A stretch of DNA of 36,085 nucleotides from Bradyrhizobium sp. (lineage in GTDB: Bacteria > Pseudomonadota > Alphaproteobacteria > Rhizobiales > Xanthobacteraceae), in assembly GCA_041495185.1 (NCBI GenBank), contig JBGQCE010000001.1:1-36085 (forward strand), written 5' to 3'. Shown one piece after another: positions 17,599 to 26,805 of this stretch. The position numbers were made by a program, and so were the translations under genes. Each line of letters opens with the position of its first letter. Within the stretch, counting starts at the first letter, position 1. The notes beneath the pieces were generated by a model. The model had not been told where the DNA came from. It did no database searches and worked only from the letters and a program-made list of their open reading frames with translations.

Positions 17599-18555
17599 TT
17601 ACTTCGCTCGCATTCGCGGAATGATTTCACGCGCGATGGTTTCAACCTGGTCCATCTTGTACTTGTACGGAACGAAGATGATCTTTTGAACGCCGACCGC
17701 GATGTGAGCCTTCAATTGATCGACGCATTCATCCACCGAGCCCATGATCGCGCTCTCGCGCGAGCAGTCGCTGTGCTCAGGGAAATCCCATTCCTTGTTC
17801 AACCAATCCATCATTTCATCGCGCACCGCGTCCTTCGAGGGCCCGATCATGATCGGCAATTGCGATGCATTGAGCAGCTTGTCGGGGTCCTTGCCGCCTT
17901 CCTTGGCGAAGTTACGAATCTTGGCCCACGATTTCGCGAAGCTCTCCGGCGAATAGAAATAGGTCAGCCAGCCATCGCCGGCCGTCGCCGCGCGTTGCAG
18001 AACCTTATCAACATATCCTCCGATGAGAATCGGCATCCGCGGCTGCTGCAATGGCTTGGGATACATGACAGCGGCCGAAATATCGTGCGCCATGTACTTT
18101 CCATCGACCATCTTCTCGGTCCAGAGCCGGTTGAGGATCTCAAGGTTCTCGTCCATCAGCTTGCCACGCTTGTTGAACGGGATGCCCATCGCATCGAACT
18201 CACGCTTGTACCAGCCGGACGCCATGCCCATGATCAACCGCCCGCCGGAAAACTGATCCATGCTGGACAATTGCTTGGCCAGCGCGACGGGATTACGCAG
18301 CGGCAGCACGAGAATACCGGTGCCGAGCTTGATCTTGCTGGTTCGCGCCGCGATCGCCGTCAGAGTCGTCAAGGAATCCAGGATCGGGAAATGAGGCTCG
18401 ACGCCGAGAAGAATATGATCCCAGACCCAGAGCGAGTCGTAACCCAGTTCTTCGACGCGCACGCCGTAGTCGACCAGCGCCTTGGCGTCCGGCATTTCGG
18501 GATAAGCCGTAAAGTTGCGCGCGGCGATACCGTACGTATTCGACAGTATGGTCAT
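17599..18555 (-). CDS. Luciferase-like (LLM) oxidoreductase, probably F420-dependent
   Basis: EELGYDSLWVWDH, IAARTSKIKLGTGILVLPLRNP, SGGRLIMGMASGW and PKPLQQPRMPILIGG; F420 dependence inferred from neighbouring cof genes. Confidence 0.85.
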   Translation of the reverse strand: MTILSNTYGIAARNFTAYPEMPDAKALVDYGVRVEELGYDSLWVWDHILLGVEPHFPILDSLTTLTAIAARTSKIKLGTGILVLPLRNPVALAKQLSSMDQFSGGRLIMGMASGWYKREFDAMGIPFNKRGKLMDENLEILNRLWTEKMVDGKYMAHDISAAVMYPKPLQQPRMPILIGGYVDKVLQRAATAGDGWLTYFYSPESFAKSWAKIRNFAKEGGKDPDKLLNASQLPIMIGPSKDAVRDEMMDWLNKEWDFPEHSDCSRESAIMGSVDECVDQLKAHIAVGVQKIIFVPYKYKMDQVETIAREIIPRMRAK

Positions 18556-18573
18556 TTTGCTTCCTCGTTTTTC

Positions 18574-19344
18574 TTAGCCGATGAAGAGACGATCGGGATC
18601 GAGCATTCGCAGGGTTGACAGTTCGTGCTCCGTCGGCGGTTCGGTGACGTTGACCTGATCCTCGAAGATCAAATCGAAGCCGGTGTTGTCCTGAACCTGC
18701 TCGCGGGTAATGCCGGGGTTAAGGGCGAGAACCTTCATCCGGCGTGACGTATCGTCGAATGAGAACACCGCAAGCTCCGTGATCACGCGAAACATTCCGC
18801 CTTCCGGCAGGCCACTTTCGGCGCGGGTGTTGACTCCACGGAGGTAGCCGGGGCTGGTGATGAAATCGACCTGATCGACGAAGCGGCGCTTCTCGTGCTT
18901 CATCGCGACGATCATGTTGGTCAGGCTGGAAATGTCGTTCCCGCCCCCCGTTCCGGGAAGTCTGGTCTTCGGGCAGTCGGGATCGCCGATGAACGAAGAA
19001 TTCAGATTTCCAAACTTGTCGATCTGTGCGCCGCCCATGAAGCCGACGTCGACATAACCGCGCTGCAGCAGCAGCAAGACTTCCGCACTGCCCAACACCA
19101 TGTTGGCGCGCTTGGTGCAACGCTGATCGTTGGTCGATGGCGGCAGCTTGCCCGGCTCGACGAAGGCACCGATGACACCGCCCTCGAACAAGATCGTCAG
19201 ACCCGGACAGCGCAGGCGTTGAGCGAGCGTCGCCGCCAGCAGCGGAACGCCAACACCGGCGAACACCACCTGGCCTTCCTTCAACTGGCGCGCGCTGAGG
19301 ATCGCAAGCATTTCCGAAGCAGTATGGCGGGACGGATCAGTCAT
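18574..19344 (-). CDS. Family I CoA-transferase beta subunit (glutaconate CoA-transferase B-like)
   Basis: VFAGVGVP, ILFEGG (position of the catalytic Glu), GGAQIDKFGNLNSS, RLPGTGGGND and VDFITSPG; RBS AGGAG before ATG 19344. Confidence 0.88.
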   Translation of the reverse strand: MTDPSRHTASEMLAILSARQLKEGQVVFAGVGVPLLAATLAQRLRCPGLTILFEGGVIGAFVEPGKLPPSTNDQRCTKRANMVLGSAEVLLLLQRGYVDVGFMGGAQIDKFGNLNSSFIGDPDCPKTRLPGTGGGNDISSLTNMIVAMKHEKRRFVDQVDFITSPGYLRGVNTRAESGLPEGGMFRVITELAVFSFDDTSRRMKVLALNPGITREQVQDNTGFDLIFEDQVNVTEPPTEHELSTLRMLDPDRLFIG

Positions 19345-20314
19345 CGAAAATGCTCCTGCCTCTACGGCTAGCCGTGACGATTTCATCGATTCCAATCATC
19401 GAAAGGAAATCGTTCCAGCTGTTCGGTCCGTACACATGATCATCGAGGTATTTCTTCATTCCGCCAATCGGATCGCCGTTCACCTGCTTCACATAGGCTT
19501 CGAGGTGATTCATCATTGGCTCGTAGACTCCGTAGCATTCGTGCGGAGCCGAACCGAACGGCACCTCGACCACGGCATCAACGCAGAAGAACGGAATCTT
19601 GGTCTGGTCCGGCGCCCGTCGGATCTGATCGTTGGAGACGATGCGCTCGGTGGTCAGGATCACCCGATTGGCGGCCATTGCGAGATCAATGTCCATGAAC
19701 TGCAGACCGTCGATCTGGGCGTTGCCGTACGCATCGCAGCGCTGCACGTGGATCAGCGCGACATCGGGGTTGAGCGCGGGAACCAGTAAAAGCTTCTCGC
19801 CGGTGAACGGGCAGTCGAATTCCTTGGCCTCCGGGCGTCTCTTCCCCACGTCGGAACCGAGCATCGAACGCATCGGCATGAAGGGAACGCCCATGGCACC
19901 GGCACGAAAGCGCATGCCGACGCCCATATGACTCCACTCGTCGTATCGGGCATGTCCGCCTTCGATATGGTGACGCATCACCTTCGAGAGCCCCCACAAA
20001 ATGCCCTGCGCAAACCAGCTCGATATGATGTGGTTGGACACCCCGGATCCGAGCAGCAGGTCACCGTCGGTCGAAATGATACAGCGTGAACATGAGAGTT
20101 CTTTCTTCCTCGCCCGGATCAGTTGCCAGATCAGGGCCATCGGCGTGCGCGACATCGTTGAACCGCCAATACCGACGGAGGCGCCGTCACTCACGAAAGA
20201 TGCCGCCTCCTCCAGCGTTACTACCTTCTCGCGAAGGCTACGGTCACGTCGCGCCAGATTCTGGCGCAATGTCTTATATGGCTGGACCATATCTCGATCT
20301 CTAACCACGCTCAT
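19337..20314 (-). CDS. Family I CoA-transferase alpha subunit (glutaconate CoA-transferase A-like)
   Basis: VSDGASVGIGG, RAGAMGVPFMP, CPFTGE, PALNPDVALIHVQRCDAYGNA and DAVVEVPFGSAP; ATG 20314 overlaps the upstream stop (ATGA). Confidence 0.88.
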   Translation of the reverse strand: MSVVRDRDMVQPYKTLRQNLARRDRSLREKVVTLEEAASFVSDGASVGIGGSTMSRTPMALIWQLIRARKKELSCSRCIISTDGDLLLGSGVSNHIISSWFAQGILWGLSKVMRHHIEGGHARYDEWSHMGVGMRFRAGAMGVPFMPMRSMLGSDVGKRRPEAKEFDCPFTGEKLLLVPALNPDVALIHVQRCDAYGNAQIDGLQFMDIDLAMAANRVILTTERIVSNDQIRRAPDQTKIPFFCVDAVVEVPFGSAPHECYGVYEPMMNHLEAYVKQVNGDPIGGMKKYLDDHVYGPNSWNDFLSMIGIDEIVTASRRGRSIFDD

Positions 20315-21828
20315 GATCTCGCCTTGCTTGCAGTGCCTGCCTCGTTCGATCCCAAGGCCTCGGCGTTGAAATCCTCGATCAACCTGTCCCATTCCGGAAG
20401 ACTCGCAGCGATGCCATCCCAGAACGACTGCGACCTGCGGAGCTCGAAGTCCTCGACACTGACGCCTTGCTGCTCGACCCAGGTGTAATAGCCGAGGTTG
20501 AAAATCTGGCGGCGCAGGTGATCCGTGAGTTCCATCACATTGTCGGTCGCGATTGAAGTCAGGCAAGAGCCAAAGACTTCGCCCGCGTTCACCTCGTCGA
20601 ATGATCCGCCGAAATGCTTGGCCCGATAGTCGTCGCGTTCGCTGTCGTAGAGCGATGCGCTATCGGTTGCGACAGTGACGATCACGTCGTCCGGCCCGTA
20701 GTGAAGCTGCTTTGCCAGCTTGATCGATGCGACGATGTTGGCGAATCCAGAAATGCCTACATCGGCGAAAGATGCAACAAGGCCGCCGTCCAGTTTTCGC
20801 CGATCTTGGAGATACTTTCGCCCCGCATCCGAACCGAACAGCAGATTGAGCTGATCGGTAACACGGTCCGAGACGCCGATCACGACGTCGGTATTCATCA
20901 CGTTATGAATGAGCGGAATATGCTTGTCGCCGATGCCCTGAATATTATGCTCCCCGTAGCCATTATTCAGCATCGTCGGGCATTCAATCGCCTCAACTGC
21001 GGCGATGCGCGTGCCGTGCCGCTTCTTCAGGTAGTCGCCCGCCGCGATGGTGCCGGCCGACCCGGTTGCCGACACAAAGGCGGCCAGGCGACGGTGGGTG
21101 TCGCCCTTGAAGGTATTGAAGGCGTGTTCAGCCGCCGTGCCGGTGCAAATATAGTGAATGAGATAGTTCGAAAACGCCGAGAACTGGTTGAGAATCACGT
21201 TTTGCGGATCGCGCTCCAGTTCAGCGCACTTGTCGTAAATCTCCTTGACGTTGCTCTCGGTGCCGGGCGTCCGAATAATGTCCTCCGGATGCGTAACCCA
21301 TTGCTCCAGCCACTCGAACCGTTCTCGGCTCATGCCCGCGGGAAGCATCGCAACGCCACGGCAACCGAGAATGCGGGAAATCGACACGCCGCCGCGGCAG
21401 TAGTTTCCGGTCGAAGGCCAGATCGCCTTTTGAGTGGCGGGGTCGAAACGCCCCGTCACCAGTTGTGTAGCCAGCGCGGAATAGGCCGGCAGCACCTTGT
21501 GCGCTCCAATCATCGGGAAGCGGCGCCCAAGCAGCACGACGATCGGCGCTTCGACGCCAGTGATGGATTCGGGGATAACGATGAAGCCCGGCACATCGGC
21601 GTGGCCCTTGCGATCGGCCGCGTTGTACCAGTTCACGCGCCAAAGATTTTCGGCGAGCGGCTCATCGGGGGCAACATCCGTCAGTCTGTTCCGGACGGCG
21701 GCAGGAATGCTCGCCGGACCGGCGAGCTGCGAAAAGGTCGGCATTACCACACCGAGTTCGCGCACCCGCGCGACAGCTCGCGCCCGTTGCTTGCCGTCAA
21801 TTATTTCCGGGCTAATGACCAAGGACAT
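20311..21828 (-). CDS. Fold-type II (cysteine synthase/tryptophan synthase beta superfamily) PLP-dependent enzyme, function unknown
   Basis: GAHKV (PLP lysine), STGNY, MSRER, NQF, GSAGT and HNIQGIG motifs; 505 aa, longer than CysK. Confidence 0.8.
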   Translation of the reverse strand: MSLVISPEIIDGKQRARAVARVRELGVVMPTFSQLAGPASIPAAVRNRLTDVAPDEPLAENLWRVNWYNAADRKGHADVPGFIVIPESITGVEAPIVVLLGRRFPMIGAHKVLPAYSALATQLVTGRFDPATQKAIWPSTGNYCRGGVSISRILGCRGVAMLPAGMSRERFEWLEQWVTHPEDIIRTPGTESNVKEIYDKCAELERDPQNVILNQFSAFSNYLIHYICTGTAAEHAFNTFKGDTHRRLAAFVSATGSAGTIAAGDYLKKRHGTRIAAVEAIECPTMLNNGYGEHNIQGIGDKHIPLIHNVMNTDVVIGVSDRVTDQLNLLFGSDAGRKYLQDRRKLDGGLVASFADVGISGFANIVASIKLAKQLHYGPDDVIVTVATDSASLYDSERDDYRAKHFGGSFDEVNAGEVFGSCLTSIATDNVMELTDHLRRQIFNLGYYTWVEQQGVSVEDFELRRSQSFWDGIAASLPEWDRLIEDFNAEALGSNEAGTASKARS

Positions 21829-21863
21829 GTCACGATTCTTTCATGCTCCACAGCGAGTTGAAT

Positions 21864-21889
21864 GATACTAACATTAGTAAAATAGGATG
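21864..21889. promoter_or_regulatory. Cluster operator motif copy 2 (upstream of the PLP enzyme-CoA-transferase-LLM-sdaA operon)
   Basis: GATACTA-ACAT-TAGTAAAA-TAGGATG. Confidence 0.75.
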
Positions 21890-21910
21890 TCGATACCGAA
21901 GCCCGTTGCC

Positions 21911-24340
21911 CTAGGCACTTCCCGCCGCATGTACGTTGTTGCCATGGCCATTCACGGTCATTCTTGCCGCAGCCGCTTCAAACGATCGCCGCCTGTCACC
22001 TTCTTCCGCGTCGCTGTAAAGCGTGGTGCGCTGCCTCGGAACGCGACCGCTCGAGAGGATGATCTCCTCCATCTCCTGCGGCGTCATTTCCTGGCCGTGA
22101 GACGCGCCCGCGGAACGCGAGATGCTTTCATCCATCAGCGTCCCGCCGAGATCGTTGACGCCGGCCGACAGGCATTGGCGAACACCTTCGGCGCCGAGCT
22201 TCACCCAGGACGCCTGAATGTTCGGAATAAGCGGATTGAGCACGAGACGCGCAACCGCATGCATCAAAATTGCTTCACGAAACGTCGGACCCGGCCGCGC
22301 CCGTCCCTTTAGATAGATCGGTGCTTCCATGTGAACGAAGGGAAGCGGCACGAATTCCGTGAAGCCTCCGGTCTCGGACTGCAAATTGCGAACGCGCAGC
22401 AGGTGACGCGCCCAATGCTGATAACCCTCGATATGACCAAACATGATGGTCGCAGTCGAGCGGAAGCCGACAGTATGCGCGGCGCGCATCACGTCGAGCC
22501 ATTGCTGCGTGCGAATCTTGTCCGCGCACAGCACGACACGAACCTCGTCATCGAGAATTTCAGCCGCGGTGCCGGGCAGCGTGCCCAGGCCCGCGGCTTT
22601 TAGCTCGCGCAGGAAGTCGATGACGGGAATCCCCAATGTTTGCGCGCCCTGGTAAATCTCGAGCGGGGAAAAAGCGTGCATGTGTATCTGCGGCACGGCA
22701 TCCTTCACCGCCCGGCAGATATCCAGATATTTTTGTCCGGTATAAGACGGATGAATTCCGCCCTGCATGCAGACTTCAGACGCGCCGCGCTCCCACGCCT
22801 CAGTTACGCGATCTGCAACTTCCTGCATGTCGAGATCGTAAGGCCGTCCCCGCAGGTTCTCGCTCATTTTGCCTTTTGAGAAGGCGCAGAACTGACACTT
22901 GAACGAACAGATGTTGGTGTAGTTGATGTTGCGCGTCACGACGTAGCTGACCACGTCACCGTTCACTTCCCGACGCAGTTCGTCAGCAGCGCCGCAAACA
23001 GCGGCAAAGTCATCGCCGCTGGAGCGAAACAGGTCGACGATCTCCGACTCGCCAAGCGCATCGCCTCGCTGCGCCTTCGCCAGCACGCGGCGGAGGCCCG
23101 CGGAAGGCAGCACCCGCGGCGCCTTTTCGATCCACCCGAGCTCGCGCGAGGGTAATTTCCCGGTATGACCCGGACACCAGTCATCCATGCGAGGCATACC
23201 GTCGCCATCGATGTAATTGAGAACCGCTGTTCGCAGACCCTGATCGAGCCACCGATTGGTGTCGCGCGCAAAAGCCGGATAAATCGCAAGGCGCTCCGTA
23301 AGGTCCATGCCGGCGGCCTTGCTGGCCGCCTCCAGGAACTTGAGATGCGGCCAAGGCGCTTCGGGATTGACGTGATCCGGTGTGACCGGCGACACGCCGC
23401 CCCAATCATTGATGCCTGCAGCCACCAGCCTTCCAAGCGTGCCGGGGCTCAGATTCGGCGGTGCCTGAATGTTCATCGAGGGCTCGAAAATGAGGCGCGC
23501 GACGGCAATGGTCCAAAGATGATCGTCCACATCGGGCGACGCGACGTTCTCCATGCGCGTGCCGGGTTTGGGGCGGAAATTCTGAATGATGATTTCCTGG
23601 ATGTGCCCATGCGCGTCGTTGAGATCCCGCAGCGCGAACAACGAGTCGATGCGTTCCTGGCGGGTTTCCCCGATACCGATCAGAATTCCGGATGTGAACG
23701 GTACGCTTCGCTCTCCGGCCAGCCGCATCGTTTCAAGGCGGGCGGCAGGCGCCTTGTCCGGCGAGCCATAGTGAGCGCCGCCCTTTTCACCGAGGCGCGC
23801 CGATACGCTCTCCAGCATTACGCCTTGCGAAACGGAAACCTTGCGCAAGGCGTCGATGTCCTCACCTGTCATCAGGCCGGGGTTGATGTGCGCCAGCAAC
23901 CCTGTTTCGCGAAACACCGCACTCGCCGCTTCCGCGACATATGACAGCGTCGTTGGATGGCCCAGCCGATCGAGCTCTTCGCGCGCGATGCGATAGCGCA
24001 GCTCCGGTTTGTCGCCGAGCGTGAACAGCGCTTCCTTGCAACCGGCCTTCTTGCCCGCCTGCGCGATGGCAACCGTCTGATCGATCGAAAGGTAGGGGTT
24101 TTCATCAGCACGCGGTGCGTGAGCGAAGGTGCAGTAATGGCACACGTCTCGGCAAAGCTGGGTCAGCGGTATGAAAACCTTGCGGGAATAGGACACCCGC
24201 CGCCCATGCGCGGCGTCGCGTCGCGTCGCGGCAGCACCAAGGAGCGGCTCGATATTGTCGATGTGAATCAGTTGGGCTGACTCGTCGCGTGTGAGCCGGC
24301 GGTCGAGCGGAAACTTCCGCACCAGAGTGCTGATGCTCAT
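21911..24340 (-). CDS. fbiC: FO synthase, fused CofG+CofH (two radical SAM domains)
   Basis: SYSRKVFIPLTQLCRDVCHYCTF and RNINYTNICSFKCQFCAFSK (two CxxxCxxC motifs); GINDWGGVSPVTPDHVNPE; NDLGGTLMDESISR; 809 aa. Confidence 0.95.
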   Translation of the reverse strand: MSISTLVRKFPLDRRLTRDESAQLIHIDNIEPLLGAAATRRDAAHGRRVSYSRKVFIPLTQLCRDVCHYCTFAHAPRADENPYLSIDQTVAIAQAGKKAGCKEALFTLGDKPELRYRIAREELDRLGHPTTLSYVAEAASAVFRETGLLAHINPGLMTGEDIDALRKVSVSQGVMLESVSARLGEKGGAHYGSPDKAPAARLETMRLAGERSVPFTSGILIGIGETRQERIDSLFALRDLNDAHGHIQEIIIQNFRPKPGTRMENVASPDVDDHLWTIAVARLIFEPSMNIQAPPNLSPGTLGRLVAAGINDWGGVSPVTPDHVNPEAPWPHLKFLEAASKAAGMDLTERLAIYPAFARDTNRWLDQGLRTAVLNYIDGDGMPRMDDWCPGHTGKLPSRELGWIEKAPRVLPSAGLRRVLAKAQRGDALGESEIVDLFRSSGDDFAAVCGAADELRREVNGDVVSYVVTRNINYTNICSFKCQFCAFSKGKMSENLRGRPYDLDMQEVADRVTEAWERGASEVCMQGGIHPSYTGQKYLDICRAVKDAVPQIHMHAFSPLEIYQGAQTLGIPVIDFLRELKAAGLGTLPGTAAEILDDEVRVVLCADKIRTQQWLDVMRAAHTVGFRSTATIMFGHIEGYQHWARHLLRVRNLQSETGGFTEFVPLPFVHMEAPIYLKGRARPGPTFREAILMHAVARLVLNPLIPNIQASWVKLGAEGVRQCLSAGVNDLGGTLMDESISRSAGASHGQEMTPQEMEEIILSSGRVPRQRTTLYSDAEEGDRRRSFEAAAARMTVNGHGNNVHAAGSA

Positions 24341-24341
24341 T

Positions 24342-25049
24342 TCACATATGCCTTATTGAGACGGGGAATTCGGTGATACCGAGACGATCCGCCACGTTGA
24401 ATTCAGCCAGCAGGGCCGCAGTCAGCGAAAATTTTTTTGCGCCGGTCCAGGGCACGAGATCGCAGGGATAATCGATGTCGCGCCCGAGACCCTCGGTGCG
24501 AACGATACCGCAGCCAAGGCCGGCGTCGCGGGCAAGCGCCTGATGCCGCGCAAAACTGCCGTCGCCAAAACTCGGCGTGATCAAGTTCGGCTGGCGCATC
24601 GCAAACGCATTGGTTCCTCCATCGGACAATGCTGGCGCCAGCACCATCGGGTAGTGGCCGAGTTTGCCGATGACCGCCTGCAAATCAGAGGCCGTTGCGA
24701 ACGGCACGTCCGCCGGGAGGATCAGCGCACCGGCGGATAGCGCTTCGAGGGTTCTCAGACCTTGTTGAACGGCGGCATTGACGCCAGTTTCCATGACGTC
24801 GCCGACCACCCGCGCATCGAACAGGGTTGCGAGCTTCGCGACCATCGGATCGCCGCTAACGACGATGATACCCGCCAGGTCCGGCGTCGCACACAGGGTG
24901 GTCAGGACGTCGTGCAGCATGGTCCGTACGAGCTCGGCGCGCTCGCTGCGTGACAAGACCGGCGATAGCCGCTGTTTGGCGAGGCTCAATCGTTTGACGG
25001 GAACGATAGCCCAGATGTTCGACGGGCCTTCAGTGCTCGTCCGCATCAT
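24342..25049 (-). CDS. cofC: F420 biosynthesis guanylyltransferase CofC/FbiD
   Basis: WAIVPVKRLSLAKQRLSPVL, ADVP, GGTNA, FGDGSFARH and DID. Confidence 0.93.
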   Translation of the reverse strand: MMRTSTEGPSNIWAIVPVKRLSLAKQRLSPVLSRSERAELVRTMLHDVLTTLCATPDLAGIIVVSGDPMVAKLATLFDARVVGDVMETGVNAAVQQGLRTLEALSAGALILPADVPFATASDLQAVIGKLGHYPMVLAPALSDGGTNAFAMRQPNLITPSFGDGSFARHQALARDAGLGCGIVRTEGLGRDIDYPCDLVPWTGAKKFSLTAALLAEFNVADRLGITEFPVSIRHM

Positions 25050-26032
25050 GTTACCTTCCTTGTTTCGGCGCCCGCAGCAAGGCGAGCCGCGAAATCCAGA
25101 CAGTCGGCAGCCAGCCGCTCGCGATCCTCAAGGCTTCGCATCCAAGTAGACGTCACCTGCACGCGCAGATCAATCTTGTCGGCCTCCGCGCGATCCGTCT
25201 CGTCGATGATCAAACCGTCGATGAAACCGTAGTGCCGGGCAATGCTTGCGGTGTCAGCCGGCACGCCAAGTTCCGCCATGATTTTCGCGGTTGGCCCCTT
25301 CACCGCCTGGCCGCCGATCAAGGGCGAAACGGCAATGATGGGCGCAGTCACCTCGTCGAGCGCCTTGCGAATATCCGAAACCGCCAGGATCGGATCAACG
25401 CTCAGATAAGGATTCGAAGGGCAGATGATAATGGCGGCGAGATCTGGATTTCGCAGCGCCGCCAAAACCTGATTCGAGGCTACGGCCCGTTCCGCGTTCC
25501 TGAACTCAAGGCGCTTGACCACCGGCGCACATTGCAACCCGACAAAGTAGCGCTGGAACGGAAGCGTTCCCTCGGCCGTAATCACCATGGTCTCCACGCG
25601 GTCGTCCGACATGGGAAGAATGCTCGCCGCGATCCCCAGCCGGCGCGCCGTCGCCGCGGTGAATTCCGTCAGCGACATTCCGCCGCGCAGCGCTCGGGTG
25701 CGCTCGACATGCATGGCAAGATCGCGGTCGCCTAGCCGAAACCATGTCTCGCCGCCCATGGCTTCGAGCGCCTCCATGAAATTCCAGCTTTCGCCCGCAC
25801 GTCCCCAGCCGCGCTCGAGATCGCTGAGACCGCTGAGCGTGTAGATGACGGTGTCGATATCCGGCGAGACATGCAGGCCGAGATGCTCGAAATCGTCGCC
25901 GGTGTTGACGACGATAGTCAAATCCGCGCCGATCAGGCGTTCGAGTCCAAGGGCGAGTTTGGCACCCCCTACTCCGCCGCACAATGCGACCACCGGCCGG
26001 CTACGATACGGTGATGCACCCTGCGCGCTCAC
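25046..26032 (-). CDS. cofD: 2-phospho-L-lactate transferase CofD/FbiA
   Basis: GGVGGAKL, VNTGDDFEHLGLHVSPDIDT, WFRLGDRDLA, PSNPYLSVDPIL and AVKGP. Confidence 0.95.
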   Translation of the reverse strand: MSAQGASPYRSRPVVALCGGVGGAKLALGLERLIGADLTIVVNTGDDFEHLGLHVSPDIDTVIYTLSGLSDLERGWGRAGESWNFMEALEAMGGETWFRLGDRDLAMHVERTRALRGGMSLTEFTAATARRLGIAASILPMSDDRVETMVITAEGTLPFQRYFVGLQCAPVVKRLEFRNAERAVASNQVLAALRNPDLAAIIICPSNPYLSVDPILAVSDIRKALDEVTAPIIAVSPLIGGQAVKGPTAKIMAELGVPADTASIARHYGFIDGLIIDETDRAEADKIDLRVQVTSTWMRSLEDRERLAADCLDFAARLAAGAETRKVT

Positions 26033-26799
26033 CGGAACATGTCCCGTTCGCGCGGACGCACCAGCGCAGATGCAGGACGCGGCGCCGCATCGAATGTCAG
26101 CCCGCGCACGACTACCACGGGCAAGCCTTCCGCTGCCTGCCCCATCAACAAGGACGCGCCGGCCGCGATTTCATCGGCCACCGCGATTTCAGTGACCTGC
26201 ATCGGTCGGCCGAACATATCCGGCGCGCCGACCATATCGAGCAACGACGGCAAGCCCGCGACACCGAGCGCGACGCCGACCACGCCATTGCGCCAGGGGC
26301 GTCCGAAACTGTCATTGACGATGACGCCGACATTTGTATCGAATGCCGTGTCGAACCGGGCTTTCAGCGCCGCTGCGGATCCGTCGGGATTGCGCGGCAG
26401 CAACAATACACGCTCTTCGCCATCGACCTGCTCGATGTTCGATTGATCTATACCGGCGTTGGCCATCACGAATCCAAGCCGGTGCGCAACGATCAGGACA
26501 TTGGGACGATGGCGCACGACTTCTGTGGACTCGGACAACACGGCTTCGATATAGCGTGGATCTTTGCCCGTCTGATCGGCGAGCTCTCGCGCCTTCCCCG
26601 AAGGTTGCACGTGCTTCAATTCGACGTAGCGATTTTCAGCCTTCGAGAGGATCTTTTGAGCGACGACGACGACGTCACCCGACGTAAGTTGAAGCTGTGC
26701 GGCCTTCAGGGCAACGACAATCAGCGCGGCAAGGTCATCGCCCGGATTGATGAGCGGTAACCCGGGCACAGCAAAATAAGTGACACTCTTGGCCATCAT
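26029..26799 (-). CDS. cofE: Coenzyme F420-0:L-glutamate ligase CofE (no C-terminal nitroreductase domain)
   Basis: PGDDL, AQKILSKAE, ANAGIDQSN, DSFGRPWRNG, ADEIAAGASL and RPRERDMFR; 256 aa. Confidence 0.95.
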   Translation of the reverse strand: MMAKSVTYFAVPGLPLINPGDDLAALIVVALKAAQLQLTSGDVVVVAQKILSKAENRYVELKHVQPSGKARELADQTGKDPRYIEAVLSESTEVVRHRPNVLIVAHRLGFVMANAGIDQSNIEQVDGEERVLLLPRNPDGSAAALKARFDTAFDTNVGVIVNDSFGRPWRNGVVGVALGVAGLPSLLDMVGAPDMFGRPMQVTEIAVADEIAAGASLLMGQAAEGLPVVVVRGLTFDAAPRPASALVRPRERDMFR

Positions 26800-26805
26800 A
26801 CGCGT

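Noticed and set aside
17230-18618. 462-aa plus-strand ORF
   Set aside because: Antisense to the LLM gene and sdaA, both of which have clear family motifs.
19337-20566. ORF-track N-terminal extensions (409-aa CoA-transferase; also 499-aa CoxS, 480-aa SdaA, 316-aa LivG, 260-aa LivF and 762-aa exported protein)
   Set aside because: The extensions overlap upstream genes or precede the evident RBS or family N-terminus, so downstream starts were used.
20614-21861. 415-aa plus-strand ORF
   Set aside because: Antisense shadow of the PLP enzyme gene with no recognisable domain.
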